This document shows positions 52,592 to 60,869 of a stretch of DNA of 60,869 nucleotides, in pieces. Within the stretch, counting starts at the first letter, position 1, and every line of letters starts with the position of its first letter. Source of the stretch: Deltaproteobacteria bacterium (lineage in GTDB: Bacteria > UBA10199 > SBBF01); the NCBI GenBank assembly GCA_016183175.1, contig JACPFC010000040.1:1-60869 (forward strand), given 5' to 3'. A model generated the notes under the pieces. It saw only the letters and a program-made list of their open reading frames with translations, made no database searches and had not been told where the DNA came from. A program made the translations under genes and the position numbers.

Positions 52592-52821
52592 TTGGTTCTC
52601 TCCTTGATTGATGGTTTGACTGCTTTAAATCAACAATCTGAATGGATACGAAAGGTTGACTACGGGTACTGCCTATTGTTGCCCGCCTTTTTATGGGAAG
52701 TTGACCGGTTCGTCAAGAAGAAAATAACGCGACGCGCAAAGGGTGGCTTTCGCGGTTTGACGAGGTGTTCCGCCAGCTCGTCGGCGCCGATGAACCCTGA
52801 AAACCGGCGGGGTTTCCCTCT

Positions 52822-52899
52822 TCTCCGCACATTATGCGGAGAATAATCTTGCCCATGCGGTGAATAGGGTTTATAATCTCCGCGTAATATGCGGAGATT
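52822..52899 (+). promoter_or_regulatory. fic promoter flanked by two copies of a TCTCCGC..GCGGAGA palindrome
   Basis: IR1 is TCTCCGCA-CATTA-TGCGGAGA (52822-52842). TTGCCC (52849-52854), N17, TATAAT (52872-52877). IR2 is AATCTCCGC-GTAATAT-GCGGAGATT (52875-52899) and covers the ATG. Confidence 0.55.
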
Positions 52900-54001
52900 A
52901 ATTCGTTGCATCCATCAGCGCCCCGGCTGGCCCAATTTTACCTGGGATCAGGAAAAATTATCCGGCCTTTTGGCCTCCGTCCGCCATCGTCAGGGCAAAT
53001 TGTTGGGGCGCATGGAGGCGCTCGGTTTCAACCTGCAAACCGAGGCCTCGTTAAACATTCTCACGCTGGATGTCTTGAAGTCGAGTGAAATCGAGGGGGA
53101 AATTTTAAATCCGGATCAGATTCGTTCTTCCATCGCGCGCCGTCTGGGGTTGGATATCGCCGGTTTGGTCCCTGCCGATCGTCACGTCGACGGCGTTGTC
53201 GAAATGATGCTGAACGCGACGCAAAATTTCAGCGAGGCGCTTGCCAAAAAACGCCTGTGGGGGTGGCATGCCGCCCTGTTTCCCACGGGCTTTAGCGGTA
53301 TGCACAAAATAACCGTGGGCGCCTGGCGCGGGGACGAGAGGGGGCCGATGCAGGTTGTTTCGGGGCCGATGGGCCGTGAGCGCGTTCATTTTGAGGCGCC
53401 GGAGGCATCGCGGCTTGATGCCGAAATGGCCCGCTTCCTTGCCTGGTTTAACCGCAAGATTCCCATTGACGATGTCGTCAAGGCCGCGGTGGCCCATTTG
53501 TGGTTTGTGACCATCCATCCGTTCGATGACGGCAACGGCCGCATCGCGCGGGCCATAGCCGACATGCAGTTGGCGCGGTCCGAGGGGAGCCGGCGCCGTT
53601 TTTACAGCTTGTCGGCGCAAATCAGGCAGGAGCGCAGGGCCTATTACGACATGCTGGAGAAAACGCAGAAAGGGGGGCTGGATATTACAATGTGGCTTGC
53701 CTGGTTTTTGAACTGTCTGGATCATGCCTTGGCTGAAACGGAAAACACGCTCAAATCCACGCTCAACAAGGCGCAGTTTTGGGAATCTCACCGCGCAACG
53801 CCGTTAAATGCGCGCCAGCAGATCATGCTTAACAGGCTTCTGGACGGGTTTGTCGGCAGACTCACCTCATCCAAGTGGGCCAAAATCACGAAGTGTTCGC
53901 AGGACACCGCACTGCGCGACATCCAGGATTTGCTCGATCGGAAAATTCTGGTCAAAGACTTGGGCGGAGGCCGAAGCACGGGTTATTTGCTCAAGCAATG
54001 A
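52889..54001 (+). CDS. fic: Fic family protein (class II, DUF4172-type N-terminus)
   Basis: Canonical HPFDDGNGRIARA (HxFx[DE]GNGRxxR). SSEIEG matches the (S/T)xxxE(G/N) inhibitory helix and lies N-terminal to the Fic motif. WPNFTW at the N-terminus. Confidence 0.9.
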   Translation: MRRLIRCIHQRPGWPNFTWDQEKLSGLLASVRHRQGKLLGRMEALGFNLQTEASLNILTLDVLKSSEIEGEILNPDQIRSSIARRLGLDIAGLVPADRHVDGVVEMMLNATQNFSEALAKKRLWGWHAALFPTGFSGMHKITVGAWRGDERGPMQVVSGPMGRERVHFEAPEASRLDAEMARFLAWFNRKIPIDDVVKAAVAHLWFVTIHPFDDGNGRIARAIADMQLARSEGSRRRFYSLSAQIRQERRAYYDMLEKTQKGGLDITMWLAWFLNCLDHALAETENTLKSTLNKAQFWESHRATPLNARQQIMLNRLLDGFVGRLTSSKWAKITKCSQDTALRDIQDLLDRKILVKDLGGGRSTGYLLKQ

Positions 54002-54032
54002 GACGACCTCAACCGCGGTGAGATTGAATTTT

Positions 54033-56099
54033 TTACAAATTCATCGAAAAAAAGGGTTTCTTGAATGTCGGCTCGTCAAACAGAAGTCCGTAGATCTGCA
54101 TCGAGCGCAGAACCCGCTTGACATACCCCCGTGTTTCCGAAAAAGGAATTTCTTCCACAAACTCATCCAGCGGAAGGTTTCCCATCCGGGCGCGCCACTT
54201 GTTCACATTCCCCGGTCCGGCATTGTAGGCCATCACCGCCAGCGGCACATGGCCCTCGTAACGGTCCACCAGTTTGGCAAAAAAGGAGGAGCCAAGGAGA
54301 ATATTGGTCCGCGGATCGGTCAAACTGTCCATGGAAAAATTTTCAACGACGGTCGATCGGGCCTGAATGGAGGCGGTGCCGGGCATCAACTGCATCACCC
54401 CCACGGCGCCGGCCGACGAGCGGACCTCCGGCAGAAAAAGCGATTCCTCGCGCATGATCCCCTCAATCATCCCGCGCGGCAGTTGTAACCGGCGATTGGC
54501 CGCTTCCACCTCTTTGGCGTAGGCCTCGGGATAGAAGGCAAAAAGCATCGGATCATTTTTGCGCTTGACCCCCTCGGTGACACCGTGACCGAAATGCTCT
54601 GAGGCCATCGCCAGCGCCTTATTGTAATCGCCCGATTCGATCCATTTTACCGCCATGAGCGGCTTCATCTGCCCCGCCAGATCGGCCTCCTGCTGGGAAA
54701 AATAGTCGAGAAGGTCCAAGGCCTCCCTGTGTAAACCCAGCTCGTTCAGCAGATTGACGGTTACGATCGTCTCTTGCGCCTTGGCCTCCACCGGAACCTC
54801 GGTATGCGGGCGCGGGATCTGCGGAATGTTGGGCGTCGTGCCAAAACGGTTGGCCGCGATAACGGCGTAGTAGGAAAAGGGGAAATCATCGATGAGGCGC
54901 TGATAATAAGAAGAGGACGCCTCCCCCATCTTTTCCAGCGTCCGTCCTTTCCAGTAGAGGGCGCGCGGATAGGACTCATCGTCCCGTGGCGGCGATGCGA
55001 GTATCCGGTCGAAAAGTTCGAGCGCCTCCCTGTATTTCTTTTTTTTGTACGCCGGCCAGGCGGTCTCCCAGAGCGCCTCAAGCCGCATATCCCCTTCGGG
55101 GAGGGCGATCAACTGACGGATGGCCTTTTTGGCCCGTCCTTCCTGCTTTTGTTCCTCGTAAATTTTCCAAAGGCCGTACCAGGCATCGTCGGTGTAGCGC
55201 CCCGACGGAAATTTTTCGATCAAATATTCATAAGTCTCGATCGCCCGATCGGGTTTTTTAAAGGCAAGCTCCAGCTTGCCCTTCCAGTAGAGGGAGCGGA
55301 CGAGGTATTCGCCGTCGCATTTTTGCGAAACCGCCCCGGAAAATCCATCCAGCGCCTCGGCCGGTTTTTTCAGATTGCGAAGGGAGTTGCCCCATTCGAA
55401 AAGGGCGCGGCATTTTTCGGCCAGCGGGAGATGACTGACGGCAATTTCGTCCGGGCGAACGATCACCGGTATGGTATCGTACAACTTTTTGGTGTGCAGG
55501 ACATGGAGGCGGGTTATCTTGTCGCTTGTTGTTGCGGCCGGATGAATGTCGGGGGAGATCCGCGGGGTTTCCCTCACGTTTGCAGAGTTGCCGTCGATAT
55601 CCGGAAACAGCGCCCAGATACGGGCGGAAACGGCATCGGCATTTTTTCCCATTTGTCTTAAGGCCTGCTCTTTGGTCCAAAGGGCGTCGCGGTAGATCTG
55701 CCGATAAAAAATCTGCGTCGGGTTGATCTGCACATCGGGTTCGGGGGGGAGGGCCTCGAGTTCCTGAAGGACCTGGCGCGGTTGATTCATGCCGAGCCAG
55801 GCCTTGGCAAGCGCTGTTTTTTTCCAGAAATCCCAGATGCCTCCGACAGGAATTTTTTCCAGAAGGTTCAGCGCCTCGGGATATTTTTCACTTCTAAGGT
55901 AAAGCTCGCTCAACCGAAGCGAAAGCCAGGGGGAGAGGGGGCCCTCTTTTTTGATCGCCTCATTTAACGACGCCTCGGAGGCGGAATCGATGGCGCCATA
56001 GCGCTGGGCCCAATCGACCGGCGGTGATGGGGGATTTTCGGCGCCGAAGGCGGTGATTGAAAAAGCGAGAATAGAAAGGAGAGCGGCATACTTCATCAC
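54033..56099 (-). CDS. slt: soluble lytic murein transglycosylase (Slt70-like)
   Basis: Signal peptide, a long helical superhelix domain, and the C-terminal SLT block MREESLFLPEVRSSAGAVGVMQLMPGTA ... AYNAGPGNV. Confidence 0.88.
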   Translation of the reverse strand: MMKYAALLSILAFSITAFGAENPPSPPVDWAQRYGAIDSASEASLNEAIKKEGPLSPWLSLRLSELYLRSEKYPEALNLLEKIPVGGIWDFWKKTALAKAWLGMNQPRQVLQELEALPPEPDVQINPTQIFYRQIYRDALWTKEQALRQMGKNADAVSARIWALFPDIDGNSANVRETPRISPDIHPAATTSDKITRLHVLHTKKLYDTIPVIVRPDEIAVSHLPLAEKCRALFEWGNSLRNLKKPAEALDGFSGAVSQKCDGEYLVRSLYWKGKLELAFKKPDRAIETYEYLIEKFPSGRYTDDAWYGLWKIYEEQKQEGRAKKAIRQLIALPEGDMRLEALWETAWPAYKKKKYREALELFDRILASPPRDDESYPRALYWKGRTLEKMGEASSSYYQRLIDDFPFSYYAVIAANRFGTTPNIPQIPRPHTEVPVEAKAQETIVTVNLLNELGLHREALDLLDYFSQQEADLAGQMKPLMAVKWIESGDYNKALAMASEHFGHGVTEGVKRKNDPMLFAFYPEAYAKEVEAANRRLQLPRGMIEGIMREESLFLPEVRSSAGAVGVMQLMPGTASIQARSTVVENFSMDSLTDPRTNILLGSSFFAKLVDRYEGHVPLAVMAYNAGPGNVNKWRARMGNLPLDEFVEEIPFSETRGYVKRVLRSMQIYGLLFDEPTFKKPFFSMNL

Positions 56100-56295
56100 G
56101 CGTTATTTTTGCCTGAATCGGGCGTCAAATTCAATTGGTTAGATTTGAAGTAAGGTTTTTTCACCACCACCCAAAAAAATTTAACCTTTTACGCAACTTT
56201 GCCCCCTGCACCTGCCGATAATGTTTTCGATCCTTGGGGGGGAGTGTCTATCAATTGTTTGACACAGATTGTCCCCCCGCCGAATTATTTTTGAC

Positions 56296-56316
56296 ATATA
56301 TCAAAATTTGATATAT
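56296..56316. promoter_or_regulatory. perfect palindrome upstream of the HigB-like gene
   Basis: ATATATCAAA-A-TTTGATATAT, preceded by TTGACA (56291-56296) and ending 1 nt before ATG 56318. Confidence 0.5.
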
Positions 56317-56317
56317 T

Positions 56318-56605
56318 ATGTGGCATGTAACGGTAACATCGAAAGCGGCACGGCAAGCGGAACGCTTGCCGCGGCATATTCAACAGCGCTTCGACCTTTT
56401 GACCAAAGAACTTGAGGTGGCTGGGCCGATTCGAGCCGACTGGAAGAACTTTGGCCGGCTTAAGACGCCAAAAAATATTATCCGGTATCACTGTCATATC
56501 AAGTTAGGCCGTCCGACTTACGTGGCTTGTTGGGATGTGTTGGATGAAGAAATAAGGCTTTTGGAGATCAACTATGTCGGCACTCACGAAAATGCCCCTT
56601 ACTGA
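56318..56605 (+). CDS. RelE/HigB-like toxin
   Basis: 95 aa. MWHVTVTSKAARQAERLP... with the C-terminal YVGTHENAPY typical of RelE-superfamily toxins. Toxin-first order, overlapping the downstream HTH gene. Confidence 0.6.
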   Translation: MWHVTVTSKAARQAERLPRHIQQRFDLLTKELEVAGPIRADWKNFGRLKTPKNIIRYHCHIKLGRPTYVACWDVLDEEIRLLEINYVGTHENAPY

Positions 56606-56942
56606 GGTTCAGGTTTGGCTGGGCAAAAACACTCGGCGCTATACCCGGGTCCCCGCCGGCCGGATAAAGCCCATCCTTATCTGGCTCAAGCATTATGAAG
56701 AAAAGCCTGTCTCTTGGCGCGAACTTGCCGGACCACGTATCAAAGCGGCCGGAGGGGAGGCGGCGTATATGTTGAAGGCCGCTCGAAAAAGGGCCGGGAT
56801 GACGCAGATGCAACTGGCCAAATCATTGGAAATGCCGCAGGGAAATATTTCACAGATCGAATCGGGAAAGCGGCCCATCGGCAAGGCATTGGCAAAGCGG
56901 TTGGCCAAAATTTTCAACTTGGATTACCGGGTCTTTTTATAA
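56574..56942 (+). CDS. XRE-family HTH antitoxin (HigA-like)
   Basis: C-terminal HTH_3 signature RKRAGMTQMQLAKSLEMPQGNISQIESGKRPI. Confidence 0.72.
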   Translation: MSALTKMPLTEVQVWLGKNTRRYTRVPAGRIKPILIWLKHYEEKPVSWRELAGPRIKAAGGEAAYMLKAARKRAGMTQMQLAKSLEMPQGNISQIESGKRPIGKALAKRLAKIFNLDYRVFL

Positions 56943-57050
56943 AATTCAGCCAAGTAGCCGCCCTTGGTCGCTTGAAATCGAAGTTTCCGTAAACGCCCGC
57001 TCAAAATGAGAAAAACGTCAAAAGATTGGCATCATTTTTTGGGTTGATTT

Positions 57051-57079
57051 ATGACTGAATTATATCATAATTCAGTCAT
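57051..57079. promoter_or_regulatory. perfect 12-bp-arm palindrome
   Basis: ATGACTGAATTA-TATCA-TAATTCAGTCAT, ending 8 nt before ATG 57087. Confidence 0.55.
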
Positions 57080-57086
57080 TAAAGGC

Positions 57087-57293
57087 ATGGCCCGTTATAC
57101 CGTCCATTTGAAGCCGCATGCAGTAGCCGATCTGGACGGCATGCGAAGGTACGATGCCACCAAGGTGCTCGACGGCATTGAAAAATATTTGAGTTTTGAA
57201 CCGGCAAAAGAAAGCCGCTCGCGTATCAAGCGACTTAAGGGAAAAGTACCCGCGGATTACCGGTTAAGAATCGACGAGTGGCTCAATTTATGA
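57087..57293 (+). pseudogene. RelE/ParE-family toxin, apparently 3'-truncated
   Basis: MARYTVHLKPHAVADLDGM...IKRLKGKVPADYRLRI matches the N-terminal two thirds of RelE/ParE toxins, then ends (DEWLNL*) before the usual C-terminal strands. Confidence 0.45.
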
Positions 57294-57487
57294 AGATGGC
57301 GAAAAAAGAGCCGGTTTTTATCACCAAAAACGGCAAGATCGAGGCTGTTATGGAAGCCATCAGCGACGATGATATCGAAGACTATCTTTTAGAGCGGAGT
57401 CCCCGCTTTCGTTTACTGCTGAAGCATTCGGCCGCCAAAGAAGGGGGAATGTCGCTTTCGGCTTATCGCCGGTCTCGAAAAATGTGA
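57278..57487 (+). CDS. Phd/YefM-like antitoxin fragment
   Basis: KEPVFITKNGKIEAVMEAISDDDIEDYLLERSPRF resembles the core and C-terminal part of Phd/YefM antitoxins. The usual N-terminal approx. 15-20 residues are missing. GTG start; overlaps the preceding ORF. Confidence 0.45.
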   Translation: MAQFMKMAKKEPVFITKNGKIEAVMEAISDDDIEDYLLERSPRFRLLLKHSAAKEGGMSLSAYRRSRKM

Positions 57488-57499
57488 CCTCAAAATAAA

Positions 57500-57784
57500 T
57501 TACCACTCCTGCTGTTCCTGGCGCGCCTTGTATTTTTCTTCCTTGATCAACAGCTTTCCCCCTTCCGAATCGGCGGAGGTTGACTGAATCTTGTTTAATG
57601 TCCGGTCGATGTCGTTCATTTGTTTGATCAGTGCCGGGCTTGGGTTGGACTGGTAGGCGTCTTGAAGGATTCCCCTGGCCTGGGAGAGAAAATTGTTGGC
57701 GCCGAAGGTGTTGCCGCCCGCATAACTCTTCATCGCCTCTTCAATCTGACGGCTGGAGGCGATTTTCACCGATTCCACAATCAC
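57500..57784 (-). CDS. hypothetical helical protein (94 aa)
   Basis: 4-nt ATGA overlap with the upstream VWA gene stop, i.e. translationally coupled. No family recognised. Confidence 0.5.
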   Translation of the reverse strand: MIVESVKIASSRQIEEAMKSYAGGNTFGANNFLSQARGILQDAYQSNPSPALIKQMNDIDRTLNKIQSTSADSEGGKLLIKEEKYKARQEQQEW

Positions 57785-58809
57785 ATCGGGGTTGGCCGAT
57801 CGCGCAGTTCCTTCCGGACCAGATTTTGAGCGGTGGAGGTGTACTCCAAAGTCACCGTGGCCGCCACCAACTCGCGCGCCTCTTTGATTTTGGGTTTGAA
57901 GCGTAAAAGAATTTTTCGGTTCTGGCCGGAAAAGAGATCGGGAATATCGACGACGATTTTATTTCCGCTTTTTTTTGTCTGATAACCGAAGGCATCCATA
58001 AATTCGATTTCCCGCTCCGGCTCGACAACGAGCTTTGCCTTTTTTCCCACCACGGTCGAAAGAGCATGGCGTTCCTTTTCAAAGATGCCGGCGATCTGCG
58101 GGCCGCTTTCGATGAAATAGTAGTTTCCCCCCGCAGAATCGGCGATGCGGGTCATCATCTCTTCGTCAAAATCGGAACCGAGGCCGAAGGTGGTCACCTG
58201 AATCCCTTTTCGGCTCAAACCTTCCGCCAGATTGGCCACCGCCGGAATCTGAACCACCCCGGTGTTTGCGAGGCCGTCCGAGAGGAGAAGGACGCGGTTG
58301 ATCCGGTTTTCGTCAAAAAATCTCTCCGCCTGTTTTCCCCCTTCCACCATTCCCCCGGCCAGGTCGGTGGACCCGCGCGGCTCCAAAAGGTCGATTTTTT
58401 TAAGGAGGACGCCGCGATCTGTTCCGACCAGCGTCGGCTCGGCCAAAACGGTGATCTGCTCATCATACTCCACCAGCGAAACGCGGTCTTCGTTGCCCAA
58501 CTTGTTGATGAATTCTTTGGCCGCCTGTTTGGCGAAATTGAGTTTGCCGTTATCGGCCATCGAGCCGCTCCGGTCGATGACAATGGTGATATTGAGCGGG
58601 AGTTTTTTGGCCGATTCGTTTTTGGCGGTTTTTGTCGTCACCAGAATATAAAAATCCTCGTCGCCCGATCGCAGAATTGTGCCGTGGGAGCTTTTGGCCT
58701 CCAAGGTCACTTCGGCGTTGGATGAAGGAGGGGGTGGGGGTTTGGTGAGATAGGCATACGCAGGTGACGCGATCAACAGCAAAAAAACGATGAGCGATCT
58801 CGATATCAT
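57781..58809 (-). CDS. secreted von Willebrand factor type A domain protein
   Basis: Signal peptide MISRSLIVFLLLIASPAYA and MIDAS DRSGSM (DxSxS) with a downstream Rossmann-like VWA pattern. Confidence 0.85.
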   Translation of the reverse strand: MISRSLIVFLLLIASPAYAYLTKPPPPPSSNAEVTLEAKSSHGTILRSGDEDFYILVTTKTAKNESAKKLPLNITIVIDRSGSMADNGKLNFAKQAAKEFINKLGNEDRVSLVEYDEQITVLAEPTLVGTDRGVLLKKIDLLEPRGSTDLAGGMVEGGKQAERFFDENRINRVLLLSDGLANTGVVQIPAVANLAEGLSRKGIQVTTFGLGSDFDEEMMTRIADSAGGNYYFIESGPQIAGIFEKERHALSTVVGKKAKLVVEPEREIEFMDAFGYQTKKSGNKIVVDIPDLFSGQNRKILLRFKPKIKEARELVAATVTLEYTSTAQNLVRKELRDRPTPM

Positions 58810-58821
58810 TTTGTTTCCTTT

Positions 58822-59754
58822 CTATTTCTCCATCAGTCTCCCTTTTGCCTCCAAGAGGCCGGGATACGAGGGATTCATTTGTTCCAGCTGGTTTAATTTT
58901 TTCCGGGCCTCATCGGCACACCCCAGCCTTTCAAGGCAGACAGCCCAGTTGAACAGAACGTCCGGCAGACGAACAAAGTTTGGATATTTCTTGACGATGG
59001 CCTCATAGGCGCCGCACGCAGTCGGACACGAGACACCCCCCGTTTGTTTTTCCGGTTGTTTTTCCAGCGCTTCATCAAGCAGTCTGTCCGCTTCGGTGAT
59101 CGGGGGAACGGCTGTCAGCGACGGGACCAAACCTTTTGCCGGCCCCCCGCCGACATCTCTTTTTTCCTCGGCTGTACCGGACGGCGAAGGGGTGGCCTCT
59201 GCCGCTTCAAACTCCTGATAGGCCCCTTCGATATCGTAATCCACCGGTGCGATTTTCTCTTTTTTGGCCGCTATCGGGCGAGCAGTCTCCGCCTCCCTCT
59301 TCTCGAGGCCGGTTGGGGGCGAGACGACAGGAACGGCTACTGGAGGCGGTTTGACCGGTCTCGGCTCGGCGGGAAGGACAGATGTTGCCGGCGGCTGTTC
59401 ATCCGAAATTTTTTCGTGAAATCCGGTGCGATAAAGAATGCCGATGCCGACAGCCATCACCGCCACAACGGCAAAACCGACGGCGCGGTCCCATCTTAAA
59501 AAAGCCCAGAGAAGCCGCTCGCGCGGCTTTTCGGTCGATTTACGGGCCTTGAGCCGGATGGCTTCCAACACCCGCGGCGAAGGGGTTTCCAGCGGCTGTT
59601 GGACAAAGCTCTCCTCCAGTTTTTGGTAGTCCAGAAGAACCTGCCGACATTCGGAACACTCCTGCAAATGTGCGTGGATTTCGCGCGCACGCGCGCCCGT
59701 TATCTGCTTGATATGGGCCTCGTAGAGTTCTTCGGTTGTTGGATGAGATGTCAC
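58822..59754 (-). CDS. anti-sigma factor (zf-HC2) with TM helix and periplasmic TPR-like tail
   Basis: HAHLQECSECRQ is the H-x3-C-x2-C zinc motif. TM segment AVGFAVVAVMAVGIGIL. 4-nt overlap with the sigma factor gene. Confidence 0.7.
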   Translation of the reverse strand: MTSHPTTEELYEAHIKQITGARAREIHAHLQECSECRQVLLDYQKLEESFVQQPLETPSPRVLEAIRLKARKSTEKPRERLLWAFLRWDRAVGFAVVAVMAVGIGILYRTGFHEKISDEQPPATSVLPAEPRPVKPPPVAVPVVSPPTGLEKREAETARPIAAKKEKIAPVDYDIEGAYQEFEAAEATPSPSGTAEEKRDVGGGPAKGLVPSLTAVPPITEADRLLDEALEKQPEKQTGGVSCPTACGAYEAIVKKYPNFVRLPDVLFNWAVCLERLGCADEARKKLNQLEQMNPSYPGLLEAKGRLMEK

Positions 59755-60356
59755 TTCAAATATCCCCTCTTCCCAAATATCCCCCTCAATGTTTCCGCCG
59801 CGTACCGCAGGCGGCTTTTGGCGGTGTTAACGGAGCATTTCATCACGGCGCCGATTTCTTCAAACGTCATTTCCCCCTTCACCTTCAGATAAAACGTCTC
59901 GCGCTGTTGAGGGGGGAGTTCACGAAGGGCCTCTTCGAGGAACGAATCGAGCTGGGCGCCGGCGGCTCCTTCCAGAGGGCCAGGGTTGTTGCCCGCCTGC
60001 CTGATCTCCAGCGGTTTCTCCTCGTCGACAAAAATCGAGTCGATCCCCGGCGCCCTCTTGTTTTTTCGCGCGGTGTCGATACAGGTATTTCTGCAAACGG
60101 TGAAAAGCCAGGCGCGGAACGAAACATCGGTCCGAAATGAATCCCTCTTTTCAATGATCTTGAAAAAGACATCCTGAAAAAGCTCTTCGGCGCTTTGACG
60201 GTTTCCAACCGACTTGAGGATCAGCGAAAAAATCGGCGCCTGGTAGCGTTTGAGGAGGAGGTCGAAGGCGGAATGGTCCCCTCCCTTAAAACGCGCAAAA
60301 AGGGCCTCGTCGTCGGCCGATTCGTTGTTGATTACCGATAATTCCTTTTCACTCAT
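59751..60356 (-). CDS. ECF (group 4) RNA polymerase sigma factor
   Basis: From ATG 60356: region 2 (FDLLLKRYQAPIFSLI, AEELFQDVFFKI, WLFTVCRNTCID) and region 4 (LPPQQRETFYLKVKGEMTFEEIGAVMKCSVNTAKSRLRYA). The listed longer ORF is antisense to the ACT gene. Confidence 0.88.
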   Translation of the reverse strand: MSEKELSVINNESADDEALFARFKGGDHSAFDLLLKRYQAPIFSLILKSVGNRQSAEELFQDVFFKIIEKRDSFRTDVSFRAWLFTVCRNTCIDTARKNKRAPGIDSIFVDEEKPLEIRQAGNNPGPLEGAAGAQLDSFLEEALRELPPQQRETFYLKVKGEMTFEEIGAVMKCSVNTAKSRLRYAAETLRGIFGKRGYLK

Positions 60357-60497
60357 GAGAAAACGCCGGATTCTAAAAAATAGGTTTAAATTCAGGTTCT
60401 TTTGCATTATTAAGGCGACAAGATTCAAAATTGCAATCTCTTTTGTCCGGCGTATAATAAACGCCGGTTGCGCCCAAGCTAACCCAAGGAGGTTCCC

Positions 60498-60869
60498 ATG
60501 AGAGTCGTTTCCCAACTTTCCATATTCCTCGAAAACAGGCCGGGCGCCTTTGCCCGTGTCTGCGCCGAATTTGCCAAAAGAGGGGTGAATATGCAGGCAG
60601 TGATGGTGGAGGACGCCGTCGATCATGCCGTGATCCGAATGGTGGTCGACAAGGTGAAAAAGGCAAAGGATATTCTGGAAGATCACGGCGCCATTTCGAT
60701 GGAAAACGAAATTCTGGCCGTCGATATGTCCAACCGTCCCGGCGAATTTGTCAAGGTGGCGCAAAAACTGGCCAAGGCGATGATCAACATGGACTATGCC
60801 TACGGCTCCGCCCCCGCCGGCGCCAAGGGAAAGGTGACCCTTTTTGTCCGGGTGCCCGACCCCAACGCG
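60498..60869 (+). CDS. ACT domain protein, 5' part (runs off the right window edge)
   Basis: AAGGAGG lies 5 nt before ATG 60498. MRVVSQLSIFLENRPGAFARVCAEFAKRGVNMQAV... and a second ILAVDMSNRPGEFVKVAQKLA unit fit a tandem ACT fold. No stop before the window end, so it is absent from the ORF track. Confidence 0.75.
   Translation, partial: MRVVSQLSIFLENRPGAFARVCAEFAKRGVNMQAVMVEDAVDHAVIRMVVDKVKKAKDILEDHGAISMENEILAVDMSNRPGEFVKVAQKLAKAMINMDYAYGSAPAGAKGKVTLFVRVPDPNA

Noticed and set aside
60357-60764. N-terminal extension of the ECF sigma ORF (listed as 59751-60764).
   Set aside because: The extension is antisense to the ACT-domain gene, which has a strong Shine-Dalgarno. The sigma homology begins at MSEKEL (ATG 60356).

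Overview
Moderately GC-rich chromosomal window from a diderm bacterium (BamD, beta-barrel porins, Slt/MltD, sigma54-type regulation). It is probably an uncultivated lineage, and I cannot assign taxonomy from sequence alone. I count about 58 protein genes and three tRNAs. The backbone is housekeeping: gpmI, comF, suhB, queA, a SpoIID-like gene, fdxA, a peroxiredoxin, an ABC-2/GldG-type exporter operon, bamD, tRNA-Pro, nrdJ (disrupted), mutY, tRNA-Lys/tRNA-Leu-tig-clpP-clpX-lon, mfd, the tmk-holB-metG operon (minus strand) and slt. Small accessory islets, mostly lower in GC, are: the left edge (SIR2-like fragment, membrane protein, DUF5678-like plus retropepsin-like pair), an ORF6N remnant, an AbiEi/AbiEii module, a fused DUF4258-DUF2283 gene, a class II Fic gene, a HigBA-like module, a RelE/Phd-like remnant, and an ECF sigma/anti-sigma/VWA operon. 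No CRISPR array, integrase, transposase or reverse transcriptase is visible. Six signals stand out beyond ordinary gene content. (1) A 46-nt G6/C6 double-palindrome element occurs five times, twice inside coding sequence and in frame (in a kinase catalytic-domain loop and as the C-terminal tail of Mfd). Other GC-rich palindromes sit in protein linkers of MltD, NrdJ, Mfd and the giant regulator. (2) A second repeat family is built from CAAAKTY heptads and forms about 100-nt hairpins between cistrons. (3) A 1680-aa Ser/Thr kinase-STAND-TPR-GAF-sigma54 activator fusion lies next to one of two nearly identical sigma54-type promoters that precede secreted-protein or lipoprotein genes. (4) A 63-aa protein resembles the bacterial singlet histone of Bdellovibrio. 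(5) The tRNA-Lys gene is nested between a 5' and a 3' partial copy of itself. (6) nrdJ has lost a conserved loop plus its reading frame. All functional statements rest on motif recognition by eye; no searches were run.
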